In this document: positions 1 to 12,339 of the stretch, piece by piece
How the letters are laid out: each line of letters begins with the position of its first letter
How positions within the stretch are numbered: the stretch's first letter is position 1
Assembly: GCA_043228905.1 (NCBI GenBank)
Contig: JBHGNT010000013.1
Location: 8,432,001-8,496,000, forward strand
Source of the DNA: Azolla caroliniana
Taxonomy: Eukaryota > Plantae > Polypodiophyta
Reading direction: 5' to 3'
DNA length: 64,000 nucleotides
Made by a program: the position numbers and the translations under genes
The notes under the pieces: generated by a model
Seen by the model: only the letters and a program-made list of their open reading frames with translations
The model's database searches: none
Told to the model about the DNA's origin: nothing

Positions 1-559
1 GCCAGTCTTAAGTCTCATAGTTATTCTTGTACTTATTCTTCATATAATATAATATATCTTTTGCTATCATCATTAGAGCTCTCTCTCTCTCCTTCTCTCA
101 TGAGTTCTACACCCTTTTCTCTCTCTTAGTACTAATTCGCATCTTTTAGTACTAATTCCCTCTCTCTTAGTACTATTCCTGACAATGAGTGGTTCAGATC
201 CTTTGATCGTCTCTATTCGATAATCGGCATTTGTTAAGCCACTTGTGTTAGGAGTCTTGTTGGTTGATCCGGCCCCATGTTGGGATTTTAGCGGTGTCGT
301 GACGTTCTCCCTTGGGTACTCTGTCGACTCGGATCTATTTTTCCCTTGAATCGTATCTGGTGTTTCAGTCGGTTGGACTTTGTCTCTTTTGACTTTGTCA
401 TTTCTGACTCTGGACAATTTGACTTTGTCTTCGAGTTCGACTCGTGGACCTCCTACCGATTCGACGTCGGCAGGTATGTTGTCAACTTGCTCAAGTTCAG
501 GTTTACGTCGAATCTCCAATTCAGCTAGCTGGGAAGGTCCTTCTACGACATCTCTGTCG

Positions 560-2202
560 GCTTCCAAGGATACCTTTTTACCAACTACTTTCTTCTACTT
601 TTTACCGACATCTCTTGATTGAAGAATACGTCATTCCTCCACATCAGTTTCCACTTCGCAAGGGTAGTTTGTAGCAGAAGTCCCCATCGGTTCCATAACC
701 GAGAAATATGCACTTCGTCTCATGGGGCGCCAACTTACTTCTTTTCTCCTTGAGGATAGAAGCATAGGCTTCGCATCCGAATATACTGAGCCTATCGTAG
801 GTCGGCTTTTTGCCTGACCATGGTGCCTAGGGCACCTTGAGCCTTATGGCTCTCAACAACGACAGATTTATCAGGTATACTATCGTCTGCAATGCCTCGA
901 CCCTGAACTCCAGCTTTACTCCGACTTGCTAGAGCATTGCCATCACCCTCTCTTGGATCGTTTAGTTGATCCGTTCTGCCACTCCATTCTGCATGGGTGT
1001 GTAAGGAACGATCCTTTGATGTTGGATCCCTTTGTCGAACAAGTACTATTTGAAGGCCGTGGAGGTATATTCTCCTCCATTGTCAGAACGAAGTTTCTTC
1101 ACTCTATGTCCCGACCAGTTCTCCACCTAAGATGTCCATCAAGTGAAGACCTTGAGCACTTCATCTTTAGACCTAATCGAGTAGGCCCAGACCTTCCGTG
1201 TACAATCATCTACAAATGTGATGAAGTATCGGGAATGTCCTAATGATTGTTCTAGCATGGGCCCACATATATCTGTGTGCATGAGCTCTAGGGGTTGTCG
1301 TACCATCTCGTAGTGGAGAGAGTGAGGACTTCGGTTCTGTTTCCCGTATTGACAATGCTCGCAAAAGTTCGTCTTTGCTTGAAGTTTCAGGATGTAACCC
1401 ACCACCATTAGTCGATCGAGTCTAGCTTGAGACATATGGTCGAGTTGTCCATGCCATTGGTTTGGGTCGGTCTTTTCGACTACGTTCAGAGCCCCTTCTG
1501 GATTGATCGCCATTAATGGGTACAAGTTATTGTACTTTTGTCTGCTTCCAATTTTCAGATTTCCACGGCTTATCATTCATATTGACTCACTGATCCGTCT
1601 TTGGCTAACATGCTGATGGAGACCAAACTCCTTTTCAGAATAGATATGTGCCAAACTTGGTGCAAGGTGATCATGTTGCCATTAGGCAATCAGATGGGAA
1701 CCTCTCCAGTCCCTGTGATTCTTCACTCCTGCCCATTGCCTCATTGGATTGTACCCTGAACACTATTGTTTCTTTTGCCATGTTGAAGTAGATGTTTTGG
1801 GCCAGATGCATTCTAATGGTGGAGTGTGCAATTTCGTCTGCAGATCTCCACTCTTCGGTTCTCATCGAGGCATGTTTTTCATTGTGTCGAATCGCTTTGA
1901 CTTATCATCTCCTTCCATAGGGAAAAGTTTTTGTTGTCGAATTTTCTGATTTCAACTCCTGTTCCGGATGTTGAAGCCATGTATGTTCTTCTTCGAAAGT
2001 GAGATTTTTCTGACCTATTTTTGTTTCTTCTTCTTTTCAGCTTTTGAGTTGTTTGTTTCTTCCGAACTGTAAGTCACTTTGATACCAGTTGTTGATGGAA
2101 TATGCGTGCGGAAACGTATGTGAGGATCTGTCGTATGTGCTCAGCAAACAACATAGAAGGAAGGCAAGAAGATAGGCCATTGATAAGCACAGTTTGTTAT
2201 TG

Positions 2203-2241
<39 letters not shown>

Positions 2242-2330
2242 AGACTCGATATAGAAAATGATCAAGAAGAACTCTCTTTACAATGTTAGGTTATTGCTTA
2301 TATACTAAGCCCTAACTCTTTGGACGAGTT
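560..2330 (-). mobile_element. Degenerate, internally deleted Ty1/copia 5' portion (LTR, PBS, gag, GAG-pre-integrase and integrase fragments)
   Basis: ORF 1139-1576 has WHGQLDHMS, CEHCQYGKQ, HTDICGP and YFITFVDD. Gag remnant 1671-1865. Reverse tRNA-iMet PBS (cactttgatacca, ~2075-2087) abuts an LTR end TGTTG at ~2090. The far LTR boundary is approximate. Confidence 0.8.
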
Positions 2331-2339
2331 CAGACTAGG

Positions 2340-2760
2340 ATACAAGGTGGAAGGAGTCAGCTTTTTATGCCAACACCTTTTGCCAATCTAGAAGATGATA
2401 TTTCTTATTTCCAATTGAAAGGGTAAGTTATTGCCTTTGGAGACATGAATGCTCATACAAGAAGTGACATGAATGCTCGTACAAGAAGTCTCCAACTTGA
2501 TGCACAAGAATCTTTCATGCCACATATCTCGAGGATGCACGAGGATATGCAAATGTATAGCCGCTCTTCTAGTGATGAAAAAGATCTGAACTAATTTGGG
2601 AAGTTACTCCTACTAATGTGCAATAGTACCGGATTGCATATTGCAAATGGTGTTTCCTTATGGCTCAACACTAATGGTTTTACATGTGGAAAACACAACG
2701 TTCGGAAATAGCATGATCGACCATGTGCTAATTTCTGAAGGTATTTTGGATTGTATGCAT
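2340..2760 (+). mobile_element. LINE apurinic-endonuclease fragment
   Basis: Translates to AFGDMNAHT/GDMNART (with a 23-bp tandem duplication), FGKLLLLMCNSTGL and SMIDHVL, which are APE motifs. Confidence 0.65.
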
Positions 2761-3756
2761 AAATTCTTCGGAATGCTCCAAAATTTGACACCAAGCCCCC
2801 GAAACAAACTTGCACCATCTCATCTTCCTCGACGGTCACATTGATAGAGGCAAGTGAGTCGCAAATGTCTTTGATCCGGGCCGTATAGTCGGCCATCGAC
2901 ATGTCCTTCTATTGGACATTGCTCAACTCTTGTCGAAGTTGCAGCTTCCGGGTCGTGGTGCTTGCGACAAAGACCTTCTTCAGGTTTCCCGAAGGTTCCT
3001 TCAGCGTCTTAGCGTCCCGGATATGGCTCAAGAGCTGGTTACTAGTAGTAGACGCAAGGCAATACATAACTCTGCTTGCCGCTTGTTCCCAAGTTGGGAA
3101 GTTCCTATGTGCCGCATCAGGTGTCGTATCGTTAGCTCCTTCAACATAACTCTAGTAACTGTTGTCATGCCTTTCGGCGCTGGATCGTTGCGTGAGTCGG
3201 GTGGGAACCGTTGGGATTTTGTACTAGGAGGAGGAAGAATTTGAGACGAATCTAGTTATGAATAGATTTTAAGAAAGAGATATAAAAACCTCATGAATCC
3301 CACGACTATAATGTATTTAATTAGATTAATCAATATTAAGATAAGAATATGAATTTAGATTGAAAAAGAGATATCGAAACCTCGTGAATCCCACAAGTAT
3401 AGTTTATTTCATGAATCCCACGAATATAATTTATTAATTGGTGATTTTAGAAATATATCCAATTTCCAAAGTTTTCACACTCCCCTATTACATTGTGCTC
3501 CCCATCTTTATATAATGATGAGAGAGTCTTAGCAATCCATGCTTTTTCTCTAACTATAGACTATACGCTTTCTCTAACATCTTTTTTTTCCTAAAAGTGA
3601 TCATGCTTTTTCTAACCTCGTGCGTTTTTATCAACTATAGTGGTCATACACGCTAGATGTAACTTTTTCTATCATGCGTTTTTCTTATAACTAAAGCTTT
3701 TCCTAGAAAATATACGTGAACTTACCTTTCTATGTGGGATATCTACTTTTTAACAC
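2760..3756 (-). mobile_element. Copia gag fragment with adjacent LTR-like sequence
   Basis: MSMADYTARIKDICDSLASINV..EDEMVQVC (UBN2-type gag). AT-rich LTR-like region ~3250-3756 has repeated atgaatcccac and ends ttttaaca. Confidence 0.65.
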
Positions 3757-3764
3757 TTATGATG

Positions 3765-3850
3765 TGTTAGTATAATGGTAAGGCTTCAAATTATTAACAT
3801 GGAGGTAGAAGGTTTGAATCTTCCCCTATGCATGATGTTTTTTTCTTTTT
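3765..3850 (+). other. tRNA-like Pol III head (possible SINE remnant)
   Basis: A-box-like TAGTATAATGG at 3768 and B-box-like GGTTTGAATCT at 3811 (43 nt apart), followed by a T run. Confidence 0.35.
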
Positions 3851-4098
3851 CTTCATATTTATTCAATCAGTTTTACATGTTTTTCACGCAATGTACGAAA
3901 TACACTACGACACCGTGCCTGAGCAGGTACTGGTACATGTTGTACGACCAAGATGCGTAGTTAGATTTGTAGAGCTTCTCTGTTGGGAGCGAGCTAGCCA
4001 TTCCTCTGTCTATTCTAATCTTGTTTCCTGTTCTCTACCGGGTGTTAGGGTTTATCTTTGGAAATCGCTTGTCAGCAGTAGAGGTTCTCAACCCTCGT

Positions 4099-4435
4099 GC
4101 TTTGATACCATGTGAAAGAATACGCACGGAAGCTTTGACAAAACTGGTTACACTAAATAGCAACAAAGAGTAAACACAAGTTTAATGGAAGCTTAGAATA
4201 CACATTTCACGGGAGAGACAGAGAGAGAGAGACAGCAGAAAGCATAAACTCGAGATTCAAAAATAACACTCTGTAACACTTTGTACATACAATGTGCTCA
4301 GTAAGCACTTTTGTACAAGTCCATGAAAGGATTGACATGTACTTCAATGTTCAGATGTGCAAATGACACCTACTCCCAAAAATATCCCTACGTACTAGGC
4401 TACATCCGTAGGCCTCTAATGGCCTACCGGTTACA
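4099..4435 (-). mobile_element. Truncated LTR with tRNA-iMet PBS, same family as solo LTR 9072-9520
   Basis: ctttgatacca|TGTGAAAG at 4100-4118. Shares tgtacatacaatgtgctcagt and ggcctcta...ccggttacaat with 9230-9400. Confidence 0.7.
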
Positions 4436-6917
4436 ATCCCTGAAGGATATTGGGATTATTATATTGAAGGAGACCTAGAAGAGGCTCCAGAGATCCCTGA
4501 AGAAAATGCAACTGCTACACAGATTAAAGTAATTAAGGAATGGAATCAAGGGGCAAGAAAGGTATGGCATTGGCTCTCACTTGGCATCTCAGATTCGATG
4601 CTTGGACACATACAGGATGCTATGCTTCCAAAAGAAGCTTGGGACAGTTTGGTAAAACTATTCGCAGTGAACACAAAGGCTAAAAAGCTTCAGTTGAAGA
4701 CTGTGCTAAATACCTTGGAAAAAGGTAAGATGTCAGTGAATGAATATGCTTTGAAAATAAAGAGCATGTGTGAATCACTTGCTTCTATTAATGTGAAGGT
4801 GGAAATATGCTTAAGAGGTTTAGGACCTCAATATAAAAGCTTCAAAACATCTATTCTCACAAGGGATTGCATCCTAAGTTTTCCAGATTTGGTTTCAATG
4901 CTTGTAGTGGAAGAAAGAAATCAGATGGATGATGTGAACAAAGGAAACTCTGAGACTGAGGGGCAATCCCTCTACAATAGTGCTGGAAGAGGCTAAGGAA
5001 GAGGCCACAAAAGATTTGGTTCAGCTAGAACCAACAACAATTATCAAGGAAGAGGACAATAGGCTGTAAGTGGAAGAAACAACATCAGAGGCAGGGGGAG
5101 TAATCGAGGCAGAGGTAAGCAAACTTATTTGAATGATGATAGCTATTGGTATTGTGGAAAACTAGGCCATACACAGGCTGAATGCTATAAAAAACAAAAT
5201 GATGAAAAACAAGGGAAGAGACAACAAAATAATTATGCTTCAACTAGTGAAGACTATGATAAAGATGGTGCATTTGTGATGCAACATGAAACAGTAGCAG
5301 TGGTTGAATGTTCACAGAGATGCAATGAAGAGTTTATGTGGTATGTAGATTCTGGGGCATCTAATCATATGACATGATAGTGGAGCAAGGAATGTAAGTT
5401 AAGTTTAAGCAAAGTGGATGCTTTATAGAGAAACAGGGAAAGCTTATTGCAAAAGGAAAACGTCAAGGAAGAATGTTTGCGTTAAATGTGGATATGCCTA
5501 AAAAGATTACAAACATGTTTGTAGAAGGAATGAGTGTAATCTCAGATGTGGAAATGTGGCATAAAAGAATCGATCACATAAGTATGCAAACATTGAAAAA
5601 TATGTTGAGGAGAAATGCAGTGGCTGAACTGCCTAAGTTGAAAGAATGCGAGATGAGCAAAATATGTGAAGCATGTCAATATGGAAAGCAAAACAGGTTG
5701 CATTTCCCTCATGAAAGACATGTAAGCAAAAATTTGTTGGATTTGGTACATACGGATGTATGGGGACCAACAAAAAATGCCTCAATTAGTGGATGTAAGT
5801 TTTATGTAACATTTATTGATGATTGCTCAACGAAAACATGGGTTTACTTCATGAAAGAAAAAAAGTGAAGTATTTGATTACTTTTGTAAGTTTAAATGTA
5901 TGGTGGAAAAGCAGATTGGAACTAGAATAAAATGCTTAAGATCTAATGGAGGAGGAGAATACTTCTCAAATGAATTTTTTGATTTTATATGCAATCAATG
6001 AATAAGAAGACAATTCACATGTAGATATACTCCACAACAAAATGGAGTTGCTAAGAGAAAAAATAGAACTTTGGTGAACATAGCAAGGGCTTTAATGACA
6101 GAAAAAAATATGTCATTGTATTACTAGGCAGAAGTCGTAAACACAACAAATTATATTAGATGAGTTGGGCAGCTGGTACAACCCAAAAGGAAATGTAGAA
6201 ACTGATGAAGACTATGAAAATGAAGACAAAGAAGGATTTGGGAGAGCTGAGAGACTTTCTTGGCATTGAGATGATCAGATTTGAAAGTGGTATATCTAGG
6301 TTGCAAAAATAGTATGCAACAACTATGTTGAAGAAGTATGGTATGCTTGGATGCAAAACGATTGGTATACCACTAGATTAGAACTGCAAATTGAGGCTGA
6401 TTTGGGAGCCAAAATAGAAGACGTAAACATGTATAGGTCTATGGTGGGCAACCTCATATATTTGACCATAACAAGACCTAATTTGAGTTATGCTGTTGGA
6501 TTAGTTAGCCAGTTTATGCAACAACCAACAAAGCCACATTTGGACTGCATAAGAAGAATTTTGACGTATGTAAAAGCTACTAAAAATTATGGACTATTTT
6601 ACAAGGCTGATTTGGACATAAAGCTGGAAGGATATACAAATGTTGGTTGGGCTGGAAGCCAAACTAACAGAAGATCCACAAGTGGATAGATGTTTACATT
6701 GGGAAGTGCAGCTATTTCATGGAGTAGCAAGAAACATGCTACTGTTGCATTATCAAGTACTGAAGCTGAATATAGAGGAGTTGCAATAGCTACCTGTGAA
6801 GAGGTATGGATCAGAAGATTGCTTGTTGATTTGGGACAATATATAAATGGTGTAGTCACAATTTGGTGCGACAATATGAGCAACATTCAGCTCGCAAAAA
6901 ATCCAGTGTTCGTATGA
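4436..6917 (+). mobile_element. Degenerate Ty1/copia internal region (gag-PR-INT, deletion, RT C-terminus, RNase H)
   Basis: YCGKLGHTQAEC knuckle, WYVDSGASNHMT protease, HTDVWGP/FIDD integrase, YLTITRPNLSYAV RT and SSTEAEY..CDN RNase H. Many stops. Jump from integrase to RT at ~6160. Confidence 0.9.
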
Positions 6918-7250
6918 TCGTATGAGATGATCATAATCAAGAACCTAACCATTAAGAAAACCTATGATCGTATGAGATGATAAAAGCTACTTCTTGAAAT
7001 ACACTGATTATTGTAAATACTCTAGAACATTCTAAAACATTCTAAAACATCTTAGAATATTCTAGGTCTAGAACATATAGAAATTTCTAGGCTATTCTAT
7101 AGGAACCTATAAATATAGACATACAATTCTTCTCAAACCAATTCGAATCAAAACCATTCTTAAGCTCTCATCGCCTATCTTGTATCCATTCTCATTCTAT
7201 CTTAATACATTCATTCTTCTCTTATAACTTCATTCCTCTCTTCATGTGAT
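6918..7250 (+). repeat. LTR-like segment (ttctagaa repeats, TATA box)
   Basis: Clustered ttcta(g/a)aa motifs followed by cctataaata at ~7106, the same layout as other LTRs in the window. Boundaries uncertain. Confidence 0.45.
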
Positions 7251-9976
7251 CTCTTTAAATCTTTCTTCCGCCACTCTATCTTTTCTCTTGGTTTTGATAG
7301 TTGTATTCTTCCATCAACTTGGTGATATGTTCCCTGTGGCGTGTTCAAAGCTCGTATATGTCATTGGCCAACTCTTCTTGGATTGTAGTGATAACTGCTT
7401 TGTTGAGTTTGAAGAAGTTTTGACCTTGCTTCTTCCTGTTCACATGGTCAGCTCGTAATAGTTGTAATTCGGCAGTTTGAGCCGACCACGTCTTCCATCC
7501 ATTGTCCAAGGACTTGGACACCATTTGGCACATCATGTCCTTATGTCTAGACAAGATCAGGCACACTTTTTCCTCTCCCATGCTGAGCTTGTATTGCATG
7601 ATGGCCAGTTCCTTTCACATGTCAGCAATTTGAGCTTTGGCCGAGCCTTGATCAAATTGTAGTTTTGCTTCTGCTACCAATAATGCCAGCCTCTTTAGTT
7701 CATACTTTTCCGTTAGTTGCTCGTATTGGTTAGCATTGTCCTCCGAATAATGTTCCTCCTGCATTTCATATCCAGAATCTGTTCTTCTCTTATTGCTCCT
7801 TCATATGCATAATCTGTTGCTTTAGCTGATGATGGAGGTCATTTATTTCTCCCTACGTGGCTTGAAACAAGGCCTCGAGTTTGGTCTTTGCTGTTGGATT
7901 CGACCTTTCAGTTTCTAGACCTTTGTTTTGGCTTTTTCTTCCCTCTGGTAGGTGCTTTCACCTTACATTCTCCGTTTCTTGTAGTTGATCCTATAATTGT
8001 TGGTCCGGTATATGTGGGATCCTTGCATAGTTGTAGGTTTGAAGATGTTCTTCCGCTTCTTTTAGCTTTGCTTCAGCTTGTTGGAGTCGGGCCGATAACT
8101 CTTCATTGACCTTTTTGGTTGTTGACCACTCTATGTGCCTCAAGTCATATGCTTTTGTGGTCCGTTTGTAGACTTTGGCAACTTCTTTTGCCGCTCAAGT
8201 GGGTTTTGTTAATTCCTAGTGTACTTCAACAAGAGTTGTATTCAGAGGAGGCATTTGATTCGCCATACCTTTGTTCCTGGCGTCACGTTGCCGATCAATC
8301 CTCTGCAACTCCCTTTCCTCCTCTGGCTCTAGTATACTGACCATTGACCTCTAGATCATTTCTTGATCCTTGTGATCTCGTGCCAGCTGATCATAGGCGA
8401 ATTGTAATCCCTTAGCTAGCCAATCCATTAGCTCGTACGATGTGCCGAACTGTAGTAAGGCCGCGAATTCATGGGCCGTTGGTCGGATGTCGGTTAGGCC
8501 AAGGACCTTGTTCAATGATATTGTCGATGCCTTCCCTCTCTCCGTGGTGGCTTTCCGAACAGGTTTGACTAGCTCCTATGTTGTTGTCGATGCTTCTTTT
8601 TGTTCTTTTTGTCGACTACTATTGTTCGACTCTAGTCCTTTTTGCCAGTCAACTCTCTTCTTGATTCTATTGTTCAGTTGAAACGCATTGTAATGCCAAC
8701 CGACTCCTTTATTTCGGACGTGGTGATGGTCTTGGTTCCGCTTGTGGTCGACTAGCTTCCTGTTATGCCTTAGGAGGGTTTTCATCATTTTTAGTGGGTG
8801 GAGGCTGGATTGGTGCTTGGGTGTTCAATCGCTTAGTGTTGTCTTGAGCGTCTTTCCATTGTTCTTGTGGTTGGGTCAGAATCTTTCTTCTTGCCGATTG
8901 TTGCAGCAATGCCCTTGATGATTGCCCCTCATCCCTTACTAGGGTATGACATCGTCGTGTGGTGACTGGCCATGGGCATAATATTGATAACTACTCTGCA
9001 AAAAATTTCTTCGTTGGTTTTCCACTGAGACACTCCCAATCAATAATTTCTCCTTCATATGTCGCTATGATTGTAAAAGTGAATGAATGGAAGATAAGAC
9101 ACAACCAGCTCACCCAGATAACAACAGAACACAGAAGTCAAGGTTTAATGGAAAGCACGAATATAGTATGTGGGAGAGACAGTGTAAGAGCAGAATAGTA
9201 AACTCAATTTCAAATTACTCAAAAAACTCTATGTACATACAATGTGCTCAGTGAGCACTTTTATACAACTCCTTAAAGGACTGACAGAAGTATTAACATG
9301 TACTTCAATGCTCATACAGAGCATCAAACACTGACTTTAAAAAATATTCCCACATACTAGGCTAGAGTTGTAGGCCTCTAAAGGCTTACCGGTTACAATT
9401 CAATCCGGATTACGATCCGGCTCTTGGTTCTAGATACCGATCCGGTTCATCATTGCAGACTCCGATCCAGCTCTGGCTTATTCAGCCAATCTGGATCCGG
9501 TTGAGCTTGTCCACTCAACAATGATAAATCCAACCCCCTGCTTGGGCATTAAATAGGATCTCTAACAAACACAAGCCACTTCTAACGGGAATTTCATGAC
9601 ATCATGGATGAACAGATCCTGTCTTGCTTGTGTTCTGTATGCCTTTGCCGATGGCGAGTATTCCCCAAAATATGACTCAAGAACATCTATCTTGATGGGA
9701 TCCATCTGATTGTAACCCTTGTTCTTGAGATTTAATAAGGGGTGTACCTATTTGTTGGTAATCTTGCCGACGTTTATCTTTATATTTATTTCCGCCACCT
9801 GCGGGTGGTGTTCAGCATCTGCGACTTGAACGTATCCTTGCAACCTGCTGGTCTGCAACTAGTTGCGTAGGTGCTCTAAGACTTGCATCGGCATGATTTC
9901 TTGTTGTCCTTTGTTGTCATCTGCAACCTCGTTGTTTTCTATGTTGGACTCCGAGAGTCGATGTTGGTTGTCCATA
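7250..9976 (-). pseudogene. Degenerate ~750-codon accessory ORF of a probable gypsy element, split by a solo LTR
   Basis: Minus-strand coding-like text from MDNQHRLSE (~9976) through QGVGFII, continuing after the solo LTR as ATYEGEIIDW. Then a low-complexity middle and a coiled-coil-like C-terminus (ORF 7345-7599). Stops and frameshifts present. Confidence 0.5.
9072..9520 (-). mobile_element. Solo LTR, 449 bp, TSD ATGAT
   Basis: TG...CA termini. ATGAT at 9067-9071 and 9521-9525. Homologous to the PBS-linked LTR at 4111. Confidence 0.85.
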
Positions 9977-10829
9977 TTTGCTTCGCTATTCTTTGCTCTT
10001 GTCACATTCTAAACTCGAACCTCTGACTTTTAACACACACAGTACATTGTGTTGTGTTAACCATATGGAAACTCTTGTGACCTGTCCACATTCGATTGTG
10101 AACTTGTATATATTGTAGAGTCTAGTGTATAGTACATTCAAGAATATTCTAGTCGTTAGTATATTCTAGAATTATTCTGTGGTATATTCTCAAGATATTT
10201 CTCGAGTATTGAATCTCGGAAATTGTATAAATACTTGTAACATCCTTGGTCCCTTTCAAGGGATTCAACACTAGTCATTGACACATCAATCTAGTATTCT
10301 TGTTTCGCCTCATCTTTGTGTCCTTGATCTTTATTTCTTTCTTCATGCTCTCATGTCGCTCACAACATCTAGAGTTCCTAGCCTTGCCACATCTAGCTCC
10401 AAGTTCATCTGTCGCTCATAGACCCATCATCTATGCTCTATCCTAGTTTGCGCTTGGTGTGTCAGTGACAACTCTGCTCATCTGCGTTTCTTTGCTTCTC
10501 GCTCAGTCCGCCTATACTTCTGTTTGCTTCACTCTATTCACCTGTGTTATTTTTCTGTGTGTTAGGGATTCTCTGTGCTTTTCTTTCTCAGGAAAATGGA
10601 CTGATAAAGCATTTGTGTGATTGTGGTCCATAACTCTAGAAAAAGTGATGTTAAGAATAGAATATTCTATTAATGACTCTTCAATAGCCACCACTCATCA
10701 TAATGACCAAATAATAAACTTGCATGTGCATATATAGTCTGAAAAGGACAATGTCAAGAAGTAATCATGCCAAGATTCGATTTTCTTTTCTATTTTTGTT
10801 TTTTTCTAATAATAATAATATTTACACTT

Positions 10830-12300
10830 ATGCCCCCTTGCATTGGTCATGATCCACCGACCATCACTAGGGTACTCATCTGATTTCCTTGTGCTATTCC
10901 TGGTTTGAATAGGTTAGTCGGTGTTGGCCCCTGATAAGGTTTAAATCAGATCCCATTCACCCACTTTGGTAAGACTTTGCCGTCTAACGTTCCGATCTGA
11001 CACGTTCCGTTGTTGTTGTTGACTATCCAATAAGGGTCGGTCCATCTAAATCGCAGTTTTCCTGGCGTAAACCCCATTTTCGTCCGAAATACCAAGAGGG
11101 GTTTGCCAATGTCAAAAAAAATTATTTACCCCATCCGTGTCGATCAACAAAGGCTTTTATTTTCCTTTGTTTCTACTCTAGATACCACATTTCCTGTAGT
11201 CAACTTTTCTTCTAGTGTTAGCAACTGGGCTTTTCGAATCTATTCCGATTGTTCTTCATCCAGTCACTCTGTCACCTGCACTCGTAAGCTGGGAATATGT
11301 TTGCGTTACTCAAGCCGACATTCTCACTTCCACTTCGTCCACACTAGAAATTCAATCGGCATGACCACTTCTAAGCCGAATGCAATCCGGAATGGAGTCG
11401 ACTTGATCATAGTCTTGTAGGTTGTTGTATATGCCCTAGGGCACTATGTAGCTTCTGCTCCCAATTAGTCTAATTCTCATTGACGATTTTCTTCGTAATC
11501 ATATGAATCGTTATATTTCTTGACTCTACTAATCCATTGGCTTGCGGACAGTATGGTGGACTCTTTTTATGCACTATTTCATAATAATTTGATAACTCAT
11601 AGATGAGTTTCTTAATAAAATGAGTACCTCGATAACTTACAAGGTCAATTGGGCAGCCCGAATCAACACCATATACATTCGTACAGGAATTTAGCCATGG
11701 ATGCCACCATATTATCTCTAAGAGCCTTTGCTTCGACCCATTTCGTGCAATAGTCGGTAACGACTATCACATATCGGTTGTCGGTTCTTGTTCTTGTTGG
11801 CATAAATGGTCTGACTTTCCGAGTGGTTATGTCACTTGCATAGTGTCCGCCAACAATTCCACAATGCGCCTCGCATAAAATAGCTTCCTTTTTGAATTGT
11901 CTAACCACTCGCCGCTAGACTCCATCAGCTCCTTTATGATATAGTGTTTCCTTAAGCAGACAAAATTTTTAACTCCCAACAGCCAGTCATTTCCGTTCAT
12001 CGGGCGAAATACCCTTAGGTGGTAGTCCTGTACTGAGAAATGTCATCATCTTTGTGATCCATAAATCGGCTAATTCATCGTCGGCATCTTTCAAATCCAC
12101 TGCTTCGACTTAGAATAGTTGTGCATCTGGAAAATCATCATGAACATCTGTACTCGATTCTCTCGACTCTACTTGACTTAAATAGTCGGCTACTACGTGT
12201 TGTACGCAAGGACAATCAATAATGTCGAATTTGATCTCTTGTAACAGAAGTGTCCATCTTGCTAGTTTGTCGGTTAATGATTGCTTCTCGCCGATGAGGT
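10830..12300 (-). mobile_element. Ty3/gypsy (Athila/Tat-like) RNase H end and integrase fragment
   Basis: HCGIVGGHYA, VTDYCTKWVEAKALRD, and a GPY/F-type tail with WVNG. Heavily degenerate. Confidence 0.8.
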
Positions 12301-12339
12301 ACTAGGACTACTACACTACTAGCCTATCCGGAGAAACCA

